Source: a virus (lineage: Duplodnaviria > Heunggongvirae > Uroviricota > Caudoviricetes). From it: a stretch of 64,000 nucleotides of DNA. Every line of letters begins with the position of its first letter. The first letter of the stretch is position 1. The notes beneath the pieces were generated by a model. The model was not told where the DNA came from. It saw only the letters and a list, made by a program, of their open reading frames with translations, and did no database searches. Shown piece by piece: positions 20,422 to 30,859 of the stretch. The DNA lies in the IMG/VR virus record IMGVR_UViG_3300039159_000198, one strand, 5' to 3'. The translations under genes were made by a program, and so were the position numbers.

Positions 20422-20499
20422 AATAGTTGATAGTTTGTATTATAAACCCCTTAGTTGGGGTTTTTTTGTTGTATTTATTCAATACAAGTATTTATTAAT

Positions 20500-21189
20500 A
20501 TGGGAAAGAAAATTAAAGTTCGTTTAACCGAACAAGAACTAATAGATTTAATAACAAAACAACTCACGGGAAAAGATAATATGGATATTTTAAAAGATAT
20601 TCTATCTAAACCGTCTAACACACCAAAGACCTCATCAGATTCTCCAATTATAAAAAGTAATGGGGATTTCACTCAATTGGATTTAAACACTACGGAGGGG
20701 TTTAAAGCTTATGAGGCAATATCGGATAAGTTTATTGGTGGAAGGTCATCTAATTTACTAGGTATTAATGGAAAGATGTTGGCAAACGCAGCCAAACAAT
20801 CGTTTAATAAATTTAAATCATATGTTCCTCCTGAATTAGCATTAGCCCAATTGGCTACGGAAGGTGGATTTTCAAATAATCCAAACTCAAGACCAATTAG
20901 GACTAAAAACCCATTTAATGTTGGTAATACAGATTCGGGGTCAAATGTTAAACGAGGTTCAGTTGAAGATGGGATTCAATCTTATTATGATTTAATGGCT
21001 AAAAATTATTTATCTAACGGTAAAAGTGTTAATGATTTAATTGATAACTTTGTTAATTCAAAGGGACAAAGATATGCATCAAGTAATAACTATGAAAATA
21101 TGGTTAAAAAAATATCCTCACAAGTTAATCAAATGTCACAACCAATTTATGCGTCATTAACAAATAAATCAAACACCGGATTAGCGTAA
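20500..21189 (+). CDS. putative cell-wall glycosidase (glucosaminidase/GH73-like domain)
   Basis: AQLATEGGFSNNPNSRPIRTKNPFNVGNT resembles the FlgJ/GH73 glucosaminidase core. The start was moved to MGKKIKV, after the terminator at ~20445..20470. Confidence 0.4.
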   Translation: MGKKIKVRLTEQELIDLITKQLTGKDNMDILKDILSKPSNTPKTSSDSPIIKSNGDFTQLDLNTTEGFKAYEAISDKFIGGRSSNLLGINGKMLANAAKQSFNKFKSYVPPELALAQLATEGGFSNNPNSRPIRTKNPFNVGNTDSGSNVKRGSVEDGIQSYYDLMAKNYLSNGKSVNDLIDNFVNSKGQRYASSNNYENMVKKISSQVNQMSQPIYASLTNKSNTGLA

Positions 21190-21192
21190 CAA

Positions 21193-21462
21193 ATGTCGAT
21201 GGATTGTAAAAAAGTTGAAAGTTTATTAGACTCTTTTTTTGGTATTAGTCATATCCATCCATACCCTGTTGTTAGAATATCTAAAGAAACTAGGTCGACT
21301 TATGATGGAGATTACCCATATTTTGAATTAGTTTATGAGGCAAATAATTATAACCACCCATATGATATGGAGAATATGATTGAACTAATTACCGGATATA
21401 CTGGATTAAAGGAAGGTCGAGACTACTGGTTAGGAGTGACTTGGGAATTATTAGAAGAATAA
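21193..21462 (+). CDS. hypothetical protein
   Basis: ORF. Confidence 0.4.
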   Translation: MSMDCKKVESLLDSFFGISHIHPYPVVRISKETRSTYDGDYPYFELVYEANNYNHPYDMENMIELITGYTGLKEGRDYWLGVTWELLEE

Positions 21463-21465
21463 CAT

Positions 21466-21699
21466 GAAATACATAATAACAGAAAGTAAATTAAACCATA
21501 TTCAGATGGTATGATGAAGAATATTGGACACATGTTTCAGACCATAGAAAACCATATAGTCCAATGTTGTATATTGAAGACCAACAATTACTTAATAGTT
21601 TGGAAGGTTACTTTAATGACAGTTGGAAAGAAGGATTTAAAGAGTGGTTCACAGAAACATTTGATATACCAGTTAACACCGTAGATTATTATATATGAT
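21466..21699 (+). pseudogene. frameshifted ITE-leader family gene (MKYIITESKLNHIQMV-stop, then an open frame in another phase)
   Basis: the leader ORF stops after 16 codons. A protein-like frame (WYDEEYWTHVSDHRKPYSPMLYIEDQQLLNSLEGYFNDSWKEGFKEWF...) continues in a different phase up to 21699. Confidence 0.4.
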
Positions 21700-22024
21700 A
21701 GACTTATATCAAAGAAAGGCATTACAAAAAATAATTAACAGTGATATTATAAAAGATATCTACCCAGTTATTGACAATATTGAAGTTCATTATTTTGAGA
21801 CCCCCAGTAATTTTTTTACTGACGAATTACGTTTAAATATTTATTTGAATGACCCTGAAGCAAATAAGATTAACCTATATGACAAATTTCAATTTGACTA
21901 TCATTGGTTAATCGACCATCATATTCGAAAGTTATTACCTTACTTTAGTATTGATAATGATAATACCGCGATTAGATATCGAATTTATGATACAAATTTT
22001 GATATAATCGAAAAAAACTATTAA
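21695..22024 (+). CDS. hypothetical protein
   Basis: ORF. Confidence 0.45.
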   Translation: MIDLYQRKALQKIINSDIIKDIYPVIDNIEVHYFETPSNFFTDELRLNIYLNDPEANKINLYDKFQFDYHWLIDHHIRKLLPYFSIDNDNTAIRYRIYDTNFDIIEKNY

Positions 22025-22025
22025 G

Positions 22026-22223
22026 ATGAATTTTATAAAATATGCAATAGTGTGGATGGGTTCTAACTTAGCAGTACCTTTTTGGGTTGTTGGACATGTT
22101 CATTTAACGATGAATGTCTATGAGGACATTTATGAAATCATTGCCTCTATTGGGATGAATATTTTAGTTTTAATTGCGTTTTGGTTGGAATGGAAAAAAC
22201 ATAAAAAAGATGAGACAAAGTAA
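22026..22223 (+). CDS. small membrane protein (2 predicted TM helices)
   Basis: hydrophobic segments AIVWMGSNLAVPFWVV and IIASIGMNILVLIAFWL. Confidence 0.4.
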   Translation: MNFIKYAIVWMGSNLAVPFWVVGHVHLTMNVYEDIYEIIASIGMNILVLIAFWLEWKKHKKDETK

Positions 22224-22268
22224 TTACAATATCAAATAATGTAATACATTTATAAAAAACACAAATAT

Positions 22269-22460
22269 ATGGCAAATTTAACCCAAGATGAGAAAGCGAG
22301 ATTATACAATGATATGATTATGCGTTATCAGAGAATGCAAGAAGAAGTGAGACAAATTAAAGCTGAAAACTTTGAAGTTTCCGATAGTGACCAAGTAAAA
22401 ATAAATTTAATTGAGTCTAAGATGAAACGTTTGTTTAATGATTCTCAAAAATTATACTAA
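22269..22460 (+). CDS. hypothetical protein
   Basis: ORF followed by a terminator. Confidence 0.4.
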   Translation: MANLTQDEKARLYNDMIMRYQRMQEEVRQIKAENFEVSDSDQVKINLIESKMKRLFNDSQKLY

Positions 22461-22462
22461 TA

Positions 22463-22487
22463 AAAACCCCTCCGAAGAGGGGTTTTT
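22463..22487. terminator. bidirectional intrinsic terminator between convergent genes
   Basis: AAAACCCCTC cgaa GAGGGGTTTTT. Confidence 0.75.
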
Positions 22488-23139
22488 ATTTTACGTTAAA
22501 CTTGAATCCTGTTAATTTTTCAACATTAATTTTTTTAACTCTTAAAGTCTCAACATCTCGAATTTTTTCATCAGTATTTGGAAAAATATATGATATATAG
22601 GTTTTAGTTTTTTTAATATAAATAACTTTCCATGTTTTGGTTGGAATAGAAATTTTTGACACACCAAATACTCTTATAACCCCAACAGCACCAGACCAAA
22701 CGTGAATACTATCATTTTTTAATGACAATTCTCTTGTCATGACTTCAATCTTTTTCCATGGTCCGGCATTACTATAGTGTGGTTGAGGAATCATGTTTGA
22801 AAAATAAAAACACTCATCTTGTATTCGAGGTGTTTGGCAAAGATTATCCGCGGCTGGCATAACATGACCTTTATCTAAACCACTTCCAACATAATCTTTT
22901 GATAAATTGGTCTCATTTATTAATTGAGGGTCAGGTTTAAAATTATCTTTACGTTTAAGAGGTGTTGAGCAACTAACCATAGATTTGGTTGTCCACCATT
23001 CAACTAAAACGGGATAATGTTTTGATTTACTAAATACGGTTGTGTAATTAGTGTGTTTAATTCTAATAGTGTCTTGGCAAAATAACAATGAAGATACTAA
23101 TACTAATCCTAAAGTTAAAATAATATTTTTCATAAACAT
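22486..23139 (-). CDS. secreted DNA/RNA non-specific endonuclease (Serratia-nuclease/EndoG-like)
   Basis: N-terminal signal peptide MFMKNIILTLGLVLVSSLLF and active-site-like LDKGHVMPAADN (DRGH-type motif). Confidence 0.65.
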   Translation of the reverse strand: MFMKNIILTLGLVLVSSLLFCQDTIRIKHTNYTTVFSKSKHYPVLVEWWTTKSMVSCSTPLKRKDNFKPDPQLINETNLSKDYVGSGLDKGHVMPAADNLCQTPRIQDECFYFSNMIPQPHYSNAGPWKKIEVMTRELSLKNDSIHVWSGAVGVIRVFGVSKISIPTKTWKVIYIKKTKTYISYIFPNTDEKIRDVETLRVKKINVEKLTGFKFNVK

Positions 23140-23198
23140 AAATACGATAAAAATGTATTTATGATAATAACATTATACTTATTGTTATATTTATAGAT

Positions 23199-23699
23199 AT
23201 GGGAACTAAAAGATTTACAATTACGGAATCAGAAACTGAGTCAATCAAAAAACTTTATATGATTGAACAGTCTGAAGAAAAAGGAGATAGAAATTTCTGC
23301 CACGGTGGAAATGTTAAAACATTAAACGATATAATGGGAGATGATGAGTCTGAAGATTATATTGATGGTGTTACAATTAGAAAAAATGGTGTTAATGGAT
23401 TAATAGATAGACTTGAGTTATTAAAAACACTTAGATTACACCCAAAAGTTTCAGACGGAGGAGAACATTTGGCATCTGAAGTGATGAATCATCTTAAATC
23501 TTATAAACCTTACAACTATTTTGACGAAACAAAAAAGGAATGTAACAAGGTAATGAATAAAATCATTGAACTTTATAGAGAAAATGAATCTGGTGAAGAA
23601 TTAGTTAAAGATATTGAAAAAGTTTATCAAATGAATCATGTGTCACCTCGAGCTAAAGAGTTCTTGAAACACGGAATTTCAATGATTAAAGGTCAATAG
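23199..23699 (+). CDS. hypothetical protein, ITE-leader family (…KRFTITESETESIKKL)
   Basis: leader motif after a 4-aa extension. Confidence 0.45.
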   Translation: MGTKRFTITESETESIKKLYMIEQSEEKGDRNFCHGGNVKTLNDIMGDDESEDYIDGVTIRKNGVNGLIDRLELLKTLRLHPKVSDGGEHLASEVMNHLKSYKPYNYFDETKKECNKVMNKIIELYRENESGEELVKDIEKVYQMNHVSPRAKEFLKHGISMIKGQ

Positions 23700-23757
23700 G
23701 TTGAGTTTTTAGAAAATATAGTTTATAATTAGTGTTCCAATAGGGACACTTTTTTTT

Positions 23758-24141
23758 ATGTCAACACAGTCACACATCGATAAGGTAGTGTTAAAGGCGA
23801 ATTTACTTTCGTACCCATCTCATGTTGGTGCCCCAAAAATAGAAATGGTTGATTTATCATCATTTAAAAAAAACGGCACTGAACGAGTAAATAAAATTTA
23901 CGATACAAAATATAAAGAACTCGTACGAGAGTCTGAGGACCTTTATAATTCATTTATTCTTAATCAGGAGGTCTATGGGTCAAATTATAGATTTGAGCCG
24001 ATTATGGGTCAAATTTACCACCTATACGAGGATGTTAATGGAAATAAATTCCTATCCTTAATTGAACCAAACACTTGGAAACAAAAACACATATATTCAG
24101 TTCTTTTAAATTCTAATATGACATGGACCAAAATAAATTAA
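23758..24141 (+). CDS. hypothetical protein
   Basis: ORF. Confidence 0.45.
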   Translation: MSTQSHIDKVVLKANLLSYPSHVGAPKIEMVDLSSFKKNGTERVNKIYDTKYKELVRESEDLYNSFILNQEVYGSNYRFEPIMGQIYHLYEDVNGNKFLSLIEPNTWKQKHIYSVLLNSNMTWTKIN

Positions 24142-24409
24142 AGAAATTGTGTGAACTCGCATTAGAATCAAGGGAAATTACAATAAAAGAATTTTTAGCA
24201 TTACCAACAAACAAATATGATGAAGAAGTTGAAGAATGGGTTCACGATTCTTACACACTATTTATGACCCTTGAAGATACAAATAATAATCGAAAAGGTA
24301 CTACGAATTTGTTAGAAGGTCTTTTTGGTTTTGAGTGCGTTGTGAATTTTTCTTAATAAAATCTATTTTTTTAAAAAAAAAAAGTATTTATTATTAAAAA
24401 AAAATAGTT

Positions 24410-24706
24410 ATGCAACAAGAATCAGTTTGGACCGTTTTAATCACAGTTGTAACCATATTAGGTTCTACAAGTGCCTGGAGATACTATGAAAAAAGAGCGA
24501 TAAGAAAAGAAAAAGACGATGACTTTGTTCGTCACGATTGTAAAGACCGTATTACCAAATTAGAAACATTACTTGAAACTTCGTCAAAAGAAAAAGACGA
24601 AATGAGAACAACAATTTTAAAACTAACAGAATCTGTTGCTCAATTAGCTATTAAAGTTGAGTTCTTACAAAAAGAAAATAACGACCTTCGTAAATCAATA
24701 AGTTAA
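24410..24706 (+). CDS. membrane-anchored coiled-coil protein
   Basis: TM helix VWTVLITVVTILGSTSAW followed by heptad-rich sequence. Confidence 0.4.
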   Translation: MQQESVWTVLITVVTILGSTSAWRYYEKRAIRKEKDDDFVRHDCKDRITKLETLLETSSKEKDEMRTTILKLTESVAQLAIKVEFLQKENNDLRKSIS

Positions 24707-24990
24707 GAGTCGAATCTAATATAGGTTTGAACAACCGAATCCGGAAAAAAATATACGACAGAATCTTGAATTAATACTTGGGCGAGCGTTTCGTCTAAAA
24801 TAGTTTCATTGATTGTCTCACCTAACATAACAACAGCCTCTAACATAATTGAATTGTTCTTAACACTGGTGCTCATCGAGTGAATCTTAATACGTGACAT
24901 ATCCCCATAGAATTCTCGTACCGCATCTCCTCGGAAATCATTAATATAACTTTCAATTAACCGAAAAAATCTTCTTTTATTATCTAACAT
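24703..24990 (-). CDS. hypothetical protein
   Basis: ORF. Confidence 0.4.
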   Translation of the reverse strand: MLDNKRRFFRLIESYINDFRGDAVREFYGDMSRIKIHSMSTSVKNNSIMLEAVVMLGETINETILDETLAQVLIQDSVVYFFPDSVVQTYIRFDS

Positions 24991-25215
24991 TATTTTAAAT
25001 ATAGTAATAAAAAAATTAAATAGAATAAACTATCTACCTTGACCCTTATAAGTTTTTTTATAACTTTTTGAGTTTTTAAGTTTTGATGTTTTGTTTTTTG
25101 AATGAACACCATGACGACTAACTTTTGGAGTGTCTAACTTAACCGATGAATTTGTTGTTGTTTTTGCCATTATACATTTTTTTGATATTTATTATTAAGT
25201 AAATTACCAAATATT

Positions 25216-25467
25216 ATGAAAAAATTTTTTAGAGAGTTATTCAATGATGATAACTCAATTAATGAAAAAAGTGTTGTTGGATTTTTAGCGTTTATTGTGA
25301 TGGTTGTTTTTGCGGCATCAGACATTATTACCGGATACGTAGGTAAGGACTTAGTAATTAATGAATTTATATTTAACTCATTTAAGTGGTTAGTTTTAGG
25401 TTCATTTGGTATTGGTTCGGTAGATAAATGGATTAATAAAGGTAAAGATAACTCAACCAAAGAGTAA
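25216..25467 (+). CDS. small membrane protein (2 TM)
   Basis: hydrophobic helices and a terminator at 25475..25503. Confidence 0.4.
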   Translation: MKKFFRELFNDDNSINEKSVVGFLAFIVMVVFAASDIITGYVGKDLVINEFIFNSFKWLVLGSFGIGSVDKWINKGKDNSTKE

Positions 25468-25474
25468 ATTAAAC

Positions 25475-25503
25475 AAACCCCTCCAATAAGAGGGGTTTTT
25501 TAT
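25475..25503 (+). terminator. intrinsic terminator
   Basis: AAACCCCTC caataa GAGGGGTTTTTTAT. Confidence 0.7.
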
Positions 25504-25740
25504 TTCAATAAAAAATTCTATATTTGTCCCATGACAATAGATATAACAAAAAATACAAAAAGACAAGTAATTTACGAGGATGAAGAAACAACTACCATTT
25601 GGAAGTATGACTCATCTGTAACAACTTTTGGACCTGTAGAGGTTGAAATTAGGTATAAAAAGGGGCATACATGGGTTGACCCATCAAAAAAGAAAAGTAT
25701 TGGTGATTTAGTTACCGATACTAAAAAAACAAAGAGGACT

Positions 25741-26376
25741 TTAAAATCCTCTTAATTCTTTATTTATTAAATATTTTAACCTAACTAATGTTTGTCGGTC
25801 TAATTTAGGTATTAGTTTTTCAGTGTTTTCTAATAATTTTCTTGGGTCTCGAGATTCTTGAGTGTTATTAATTTCTTTTACCTCATCTATATCCCAATCA
25901 TTTATTTCCCAATTATCATAACTAGTGTCTTTTAAAACACCAGAATAAATATCCCAATTTCCATCATTATGTTGTTGATTTAATGAACCAAATACCCAAT
26001 CTTTATCGTAAGATGAAAATTTTGATTCATGATATTCAGTAAAAGTACAACTACCATTTACAGAATATTCTACCGAATAATCATTTGCTTGAGGAATTTT
26101 AAGTTGTTCCATTAAAGACTTATCATTTGTTTCAAAAATTTGAGACAATAAATCATCATTAATTTCTATAAATTTTGCAAAAAATTGTACATCCTCTTCC
26201 GTTATAGTCTCACCAACAAAATTTGCAACATTTTGAAGGATAGATTCATAATCGTTATAAATCTCTTCATAATCATTGTTTAAGTCCTGCCATTCAAACC
26301 CATTATCAATAATGTGACCTGAAATATAAACTAATATTTTTTTTGGGTATTTTGAAAAATTACTTTGGTCTGCCAT
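25741..26376 (-). CDS. hypothetical acidic protein
   Basis: ORF. Confidence 0.5.
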   Translation of the reverse strand: MADQSNFSKYPKKILVYISGHIIDNGFEWQDLNNDYEEIYNDYESILQNVANFVGETITEEDVQFFAKFIEINDDLLSQIFETNDKSLMEQLKIPQANDYSVEYSVNGSCTFTEYHESKFSSYDKDWVFGSLNQQHNDGNWDIYSGVLKDTSYDNWEINDWDIDEVKEINNTQESRDPRKLLENTEKLIPKLDRQTLVRLKYLINKELRGF

Positions 26377-26411
26377 ATCAATAAATATAACAAAAGGTGG
26401 TTTTCGCCACC

Positions 26412-26693
26412 TTATCTTTGTTCCTTTAAATAATTGACTAAGTCTTGAAGTTTGTTAGCGTCTTTTGGATTGAAAATAAATTCATCAAACGCCCCATAAT
26501 TACATTGTCTTCCAAAAATATAATTTATACCATATTTAACTCGTTTCCAAAATGGTCTTTTAGTTAAATGAATATGAAAATAACAGGATGGATATTTTTC
26601 CCCATTATCTAATTCATCCTCACTATATAATATCATCAATTGATGCTCTATGGAATGACACCCACAAATTAATAAGTCTTTTTTATCATCCAT
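26412..26693 (-). CDS. hypothetical Cys/His-containing protein
   Basis: ORF. Confidence 0.4.
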   Translation of the reverse strand: MDDKKDLLICGCHSIEHQLMILYSEDELDNGEKYPSCYFHIHLTKRPFWKRVKYGINYIFGRQCNYGAFDEFIFNPKDANKLQDLVNYLKEQR

Positions 26694-26695
26694 AT

Positions 26696-27418
26696 CTATA
26701 TAAAATTAATTTCATTTGTATCCGGATTCCAATCAACGGTCATTGGTTTTTGAGTGTAGTTATATCTCTCGTCTAACACTGCAGTGTTGAAATGATGAGT
26801 ATTTCCTTTTTGAACATAGCCATAACCTGTGTGAATATGACCACAATTGTGTATTTTAGGGTTCAATCTCTCTAATCTTTCAGACAATAACTCACAACCC
26901 AAATTATCGTGTCTACGACCATCCACGGTATCTAAAATACCAAATGCAGGTCCATGAGTTAATAATATGTCAGTATCATCAGGAATTCCTTCCCATTTAC
27001 CTGCCAACCCCGGTCCATTTTTAGGTAGATTAAATGCCCAATCATAAAACCATGGTTGCCAAGGACTACCATAGATTTTAACTTCTCTTTCATCACCAAC
27101 TTTGATTACCAACTCACTATCTTGAAGATATGTAATACCTGAATAGAACTCTAAAATTTCTTTTACTTTTTCTACATTGTCTTGGAACCCCCAATCGTGA
27201 TTTCCAGCAATAAATACCTTATAAGTATAACCTTCAATATTTTGAAACCATTTACAAAACTCTCTAATTTCGTGTTCGTAACCCATAGAAGATATATCTC
27301 CACTATGAATCAATAAATCTCCTCCCGGTAAATCTCCGGTGATTTGTTTATGTTTGTTGTGTGTGTCCGATAAAAAAGTTACTCTCATTAGTTCTAATTT
27401 TTTACAAAGATAATACAA
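26696..27418 (-). CDS. calcineurin-like metallophosphoesterase
   Basis: metallophosphoesterase motifs GDxHG (HSGDIS), GNHD (AGNHDWG) and GHxH (GHIH). A promoter box (TATCTTTG on the minus strand) lies at ~27400. Confidence 0.8.
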   Translation of the reverse strand: MYYLCKKLELMRVTFLSDTHNKHKQITGDLPGGDLLIHSGDISSMGYEHEIREFCKWFQNIEGYTYKVFIAGNHDWGFQDNVEKVKEILEFYSGITYLQDSELVIKVGDEREVKIYGSPWQPWFYDWAFNLPKNGPGLAGKWEGIPDDTDILLTHGPAFGILDTVDGRRHDNLGCELLSERLERLNPKIHNCGHIHTGYGYVQKGNTHHFNTAVLDERYNYTQKPMTVDWNPDTNEINFI

Positions 27419-27654
27419 ATATTTCTATTCTTCATCATAATCTTTTCTATTTTCAAGGTCTTCATTGTAATCCGTACGTTTTTTATGGGTATTGGAAATA
27501 CTTTTAACCCATGTCCCGGTAAATCCTAATAATAGGATAAGACCTATCGTAATAATATTTGATGTCATATTTGTTTTTTAATCAATTCTTTATATCATTC
27601 TTCATCACCTGGGTCATTATAACCCCAAGTTAAAACGTATTCAAGTGTGATTAT

Positions 27655-28350
27655 TTATTGTTTAAATCTAAATATAAAATTACCGGACGTTTTATTCCTC
27701 CCATTCAAATTATTTGAAATGGAGCTCGGATTAATTCCTAATTGAACTGATGCTGTTTTAGTACTATCCCATTCTTTAATAAATTCATCATCTTCTGTAT
27801 ATTGTAAAATTGGTTTAAATTGTTGTGGAGCTGGTTTTCCAAATCTTATAGAATGGTTTGTTTTATAAAACTCTTTCATTTTACTTGAGGATTTTTCACT
27901 TCTTTTTTTTCTTTCTTCATCGGTTAAACTATCCCAATGTTTTTTAACACCTTCTCGTCGTTTTTCTTTTTCTTTTTCAGCGTTTTCACCGTGAAGTTCA
28001 TCGTAGGTTTTATCTTTAAAAAATTCTTGTATTTTAGTTTTACTTTCTTGACTATGACCTAATCTGAATCCATCACCCCCTTCAGTTAAATTACATAATG
28101 TTCCAGTTTTATTATTTTTTCTACCATAAAAATTAATTAATTCAATTTCTTTATTACACGCATCTTCCCAACAAATATCATCAAACAAGATATCAACAAC
28201 ATATGGTGTTTTTTTTGTTATCTTATACCATATGTTATTCCTACCATATCTATCAAAGGCTCTTTTGTGGTTATCATTAGAATTCAATCCAATACCTACG
28301 TAGAAAATTTCATTATTATCTAATCTTGTGTGTTTATATACGTACGCCAT
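27655..28350 (-). CDS. GIY-YIG family homing endonuclease
   Basis: MAYVYKHTRLDNNEIFYVGIG...R...N...E and a C-terminal HTH-like region (FIKEWDSTKTASVQLGINPSSISN). Confidence 0.8.
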   Translation of the reverse strand: MAYVYKHTRLDNNEIFYVGIGLNSNDNHKRAFDRYGRNNIWYKITKKTPYVVDILFDDICWEDACNKEIELINFYGRKNNKTGTLCNLTEGGDGFRLGHSQESKTKIQEFFKDKTYDELHGENAEKEKEKRREGVKKHWDSLTDEERKKRSEKSSSKMKEFYKTNHSIRFGKPAPQQFKPILQYTEDDEFIKEWDSTKTASVQLGINPSSISNNLNGRNKTSGNFIFRFKQ

Positions 28351-28415
28351 TTATAGTGTTTACTATAAATAGTTTGATAATATTGAAAAGTGGTGGTATG
28401 ATTAAAAAAGTTAGC

Positions 28416-29081
28416 TCAATCCCACCATTTTTCCATGTTTTCTTCCATTATTTTGAATAACAATTTTCTTGCTCTATCGTGGTTAATATATCCAATATTC
28501 ATTGCGATTATTTGTTTATCATCCTCACGACCTTCTCTACAAAAAATTCCCTCACCATTTAACACTCTTTTATAGATTAATGGGTATTTTTTGAAGTAAT
28601 CATCAAAGTTTTCTTCAAGTAATTTAGTCTCCAAACTTGAGGTGCCTAGTCCATCTTCAATAGGTTCAACCCAGTATTTAGTTTTATGGTAATCTGCGTA
28701 TTCGCTTGAATAGAAATCGTCTTGAACTAATCCCATTAACTTAACACAAAGTCTCATTCTACGAGCATCTTGTTGGGCTCTAGTATGTCTGTCATGACCA
28801 CCAATATAGTCAGCCTGAGAAGATAATTTATGTTTTAACATCTCAAAAATATAACTTGAATCCCAATTTCGGTCTTTCCAAATAATAGGAAACCAATACC
28901 AAAGATTTTTAACACCTTGTTTAAATATATTATGATAATATCTACCTTCATGATTCCACCATATAGGTATAAAATATAATTTTCTTACAATCCACAATCT
29001 TTTACTTCGTTCGTCATCCCATTGGTCAAATATGTCTTTTTCTGGTTCCATAGTATTATTTTTTTTTACAAAGATAGTCAA
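28416..29081 (-). CDS. hypothetical protein (221 aa)
   Basis: ORF with a minus-strand promoter box at ~29065. Confidence 0.5.
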   Translation of the reverse strand: MTIFVKKNNTMEPEKDIFDQWDDERSKRLWIVRKLYFIPIWWNHEGRYYHNIFKQGVKNLWYWFPIIWKDRNWDSSYIFEMLKHKLSSQADYIGGHDRHTRAQQDARRMRLCVKLMGLVQDDFYSSEYADYHKTKYWVEPIEDGLGTSSLETKLLEENFDDYFKKYPLIYKRVLNGEGIFCREGREDDKQIIAMNIGYINHDRARKLLFKIMEENMEKWWD

Positions 29082-29206
29082 AAAACTTTAAAAAATAAAA
29101 CCCAACAAAAATAAATTTATTGGGTCTTAAAGAGATGGTTATTTGAAACACCCTAAAGAGGTGATGTGTTATCAATAAATATTTTAAAAAATTAAAAAAG
29201 CACTAC

Positions 29207-29461
29207 TCACACCATTATCGTGTATCTTTTTTTAAAAACAATATTAATCCTTTTATTATGTAATTTAGACCAAAAGTTATTTCTTAATCGTTTTAGGGAT
29301 TTAAAATCTTCTACAGAGTGATTACCTGATATAACATATTTCATATCCCAAAGATTAAAACATTTTTCGGAGCATTTTAAATGGTCAATAGTTTTAGATG
29401 AATCTAAAACTTTGATAACCCACTTATAATCTTTTAATGCTGAAGTCATGTTATTATACAT
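29207..29461 (-). CDS. hypothetical protein
   Basis: the start was moved to MYNNMTSAL, which is preceded by a minus-strand TATCTTTG box at ~29475. Confidence 0.4.
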   Translation of the reverse strand: MYNNMTSALKDYKWVIKVLDSSKTIDHLKCSEKCFNLWDMKYVISGNHSVEDFKSLKRLRNNFWSKLHNKRINIVFKKRYTIMV

Positions 29462-29492
29462 TGTTATAATTTTTTTACAAAGATAATCTTTT

Positions 29493-30317
29493 TTATGATA
29501 ATAGTGCGAAAAATTCTTTAAAATGTTTAATTCTATCGGGTAACCCAATTGTTCCACCATTTACTCGTTTAGTAACTGATGTTACTGTAGCGTCATCAGA
29601 ACCCTTATCACAAATAGTCCAAAGTTTATTTGATTCAAAAAAGAATGCGGCAGAATCTAACGGATATTTTGTCGCAACTAAATCAGGATTACTAATCAAA
29701 TCAACGCCTAAAAAATCGCCTAATCTTTTATAATTTTCTTTACCTGTGCTCTGCAACGCACCTCGACCACGAAACTTAAATCCTTCTTTTGTTGATTCAT
29801 CACCGTTACCCATTCTTCCCCCATACACTTTTGATGCGATTTTTTCAGGATTTCCTGCATACGACTCAGATAAATTTCCTGGAAAGTATTTTGGAAAAAT
29901 CTTTTTAAGACCATCGGCAGAATAATTTAAATTTTCTCGGAATACTTTAAACCCCCTCGATTCGTGACCACATTGAGCCAAGAAATGGGCTAATCTTAAT
30001 GGTGTTGTTATGTTAAATTTTTTAGCAGTGTCAGGAATCTGTGATATAACTGAATCCGGAACATGTCCTTTAAGTTTTTCTAATTTAAAAGGACTATTAC
30101 TTGGTGTTATTGTATTAACCGATTCAATAACCGGTTGTGGGAACATTTTTGACCAAGTACCATCGCCAACGATTCCATCAGGAGTTAAATCATGGTCTAT
30201 TTGCCATTTTTTCACAACCTTTTCAGTGCCTAATCCAAAAGTACCATCTGGTGTAAGTCCTAATTTTGTTTGTAGTTTTTTTACGTCGTTACCTTTCGAC
30301 CCCACTTTTAATAACAT
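29493..30317 (-). CDS. endolysin: N-terminal peptidoglycan-binding domain + glycoside hydrolase family 19 (chitinase-like) catalytic domain
   Basis: LQTKLGLTPDGTFGLGTEKVVKKWQ (PG_binding_1-like) and AHFLAQCGHESRGF...YGGRMGNGDE...FRGRGALQSTGKENY (GH19 lysozyme motifs). Confidence 0.75.
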   Translation of the reverse strand: MLLKVGSKGNDVKKLQTKLGLTPDGTFGLGTEKVVKKWQIDHDLTPDGIVGDGTWSKMFPQPVIESVNTITPSNSPFKLEKLKGHVPDSVISQIPDTAKKFNITTPLRLAHFLAQCGHESRGFKVFRENLNYSADGLKKIFPKYFPGNLSESYAGNPEKIASKVYGGRMGNGDESTKEGFKFRGRGALQSTGKENYKRLGDFLGVDLISNPDLVATKYPLDSAAFFFESNKLWTICDKGSDDATVTSVTKRVNGGTIGLPDRIKHFKEFFALLS

Positions 30318-30437
30318 AATTTTAGTTTTGTATTGTTTATAATAATAAATATTATATAAAACAAAAAGGTCACCTATTAAAGTAACCTATTTTACAACCA
30401 TCATTATTTTTAATTCTCTAATTTATTTACTCGTAAA

Positions 30438-30758
30438 TTATTTTATTGTATCCAAAACTTTTTGAGTGGATGTGGAGTCAACGGTTTCAATATTTTGTGT
30501 TTCAGTGTTACCTGTTACAGTTGTTTTTGATTTACCCCAAAAACTTTTTTTAGTTTCAATAAAGACGGTATCTATTCTAACATTTTCTTTGGAAATTTTT
30601 AATTCTTTAGACATTATAAGTTTTTCTATTTTTAATCGGTCAATAAATTTTGTTAAAAATTTAATTTTTGTGATAACTTTAACGACTTTTTTTTCCGTTA
30701 CAGAGTCACTTTGTTTTTGAATTGTATCGGACACTTTAATGTTGTTAATACTTTTCAT
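30438..30758 (-). CDS. hypothetical protein
   Basis: ORF. Confidence 0.4.
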   Translation of the reverse strand: MKSINNIKVSDTIQKQSDSVTEKKVVKVITKIKFLTKFIDRLKIEKLIMSKELKISKENVRIDTVFIETKKSFWGKSKTTVTGNTETQNIETVDSTSTQKVLDTIK

Positions 30759-30859
30759 AATTATTGAATCTGAATAGTTAACCGAAGAATTACTTGTTTC
30801 TTTAACCCCACATGAAATTAATAAAAAAAAAACATAAAAAATACTATATTTCTCATAAT

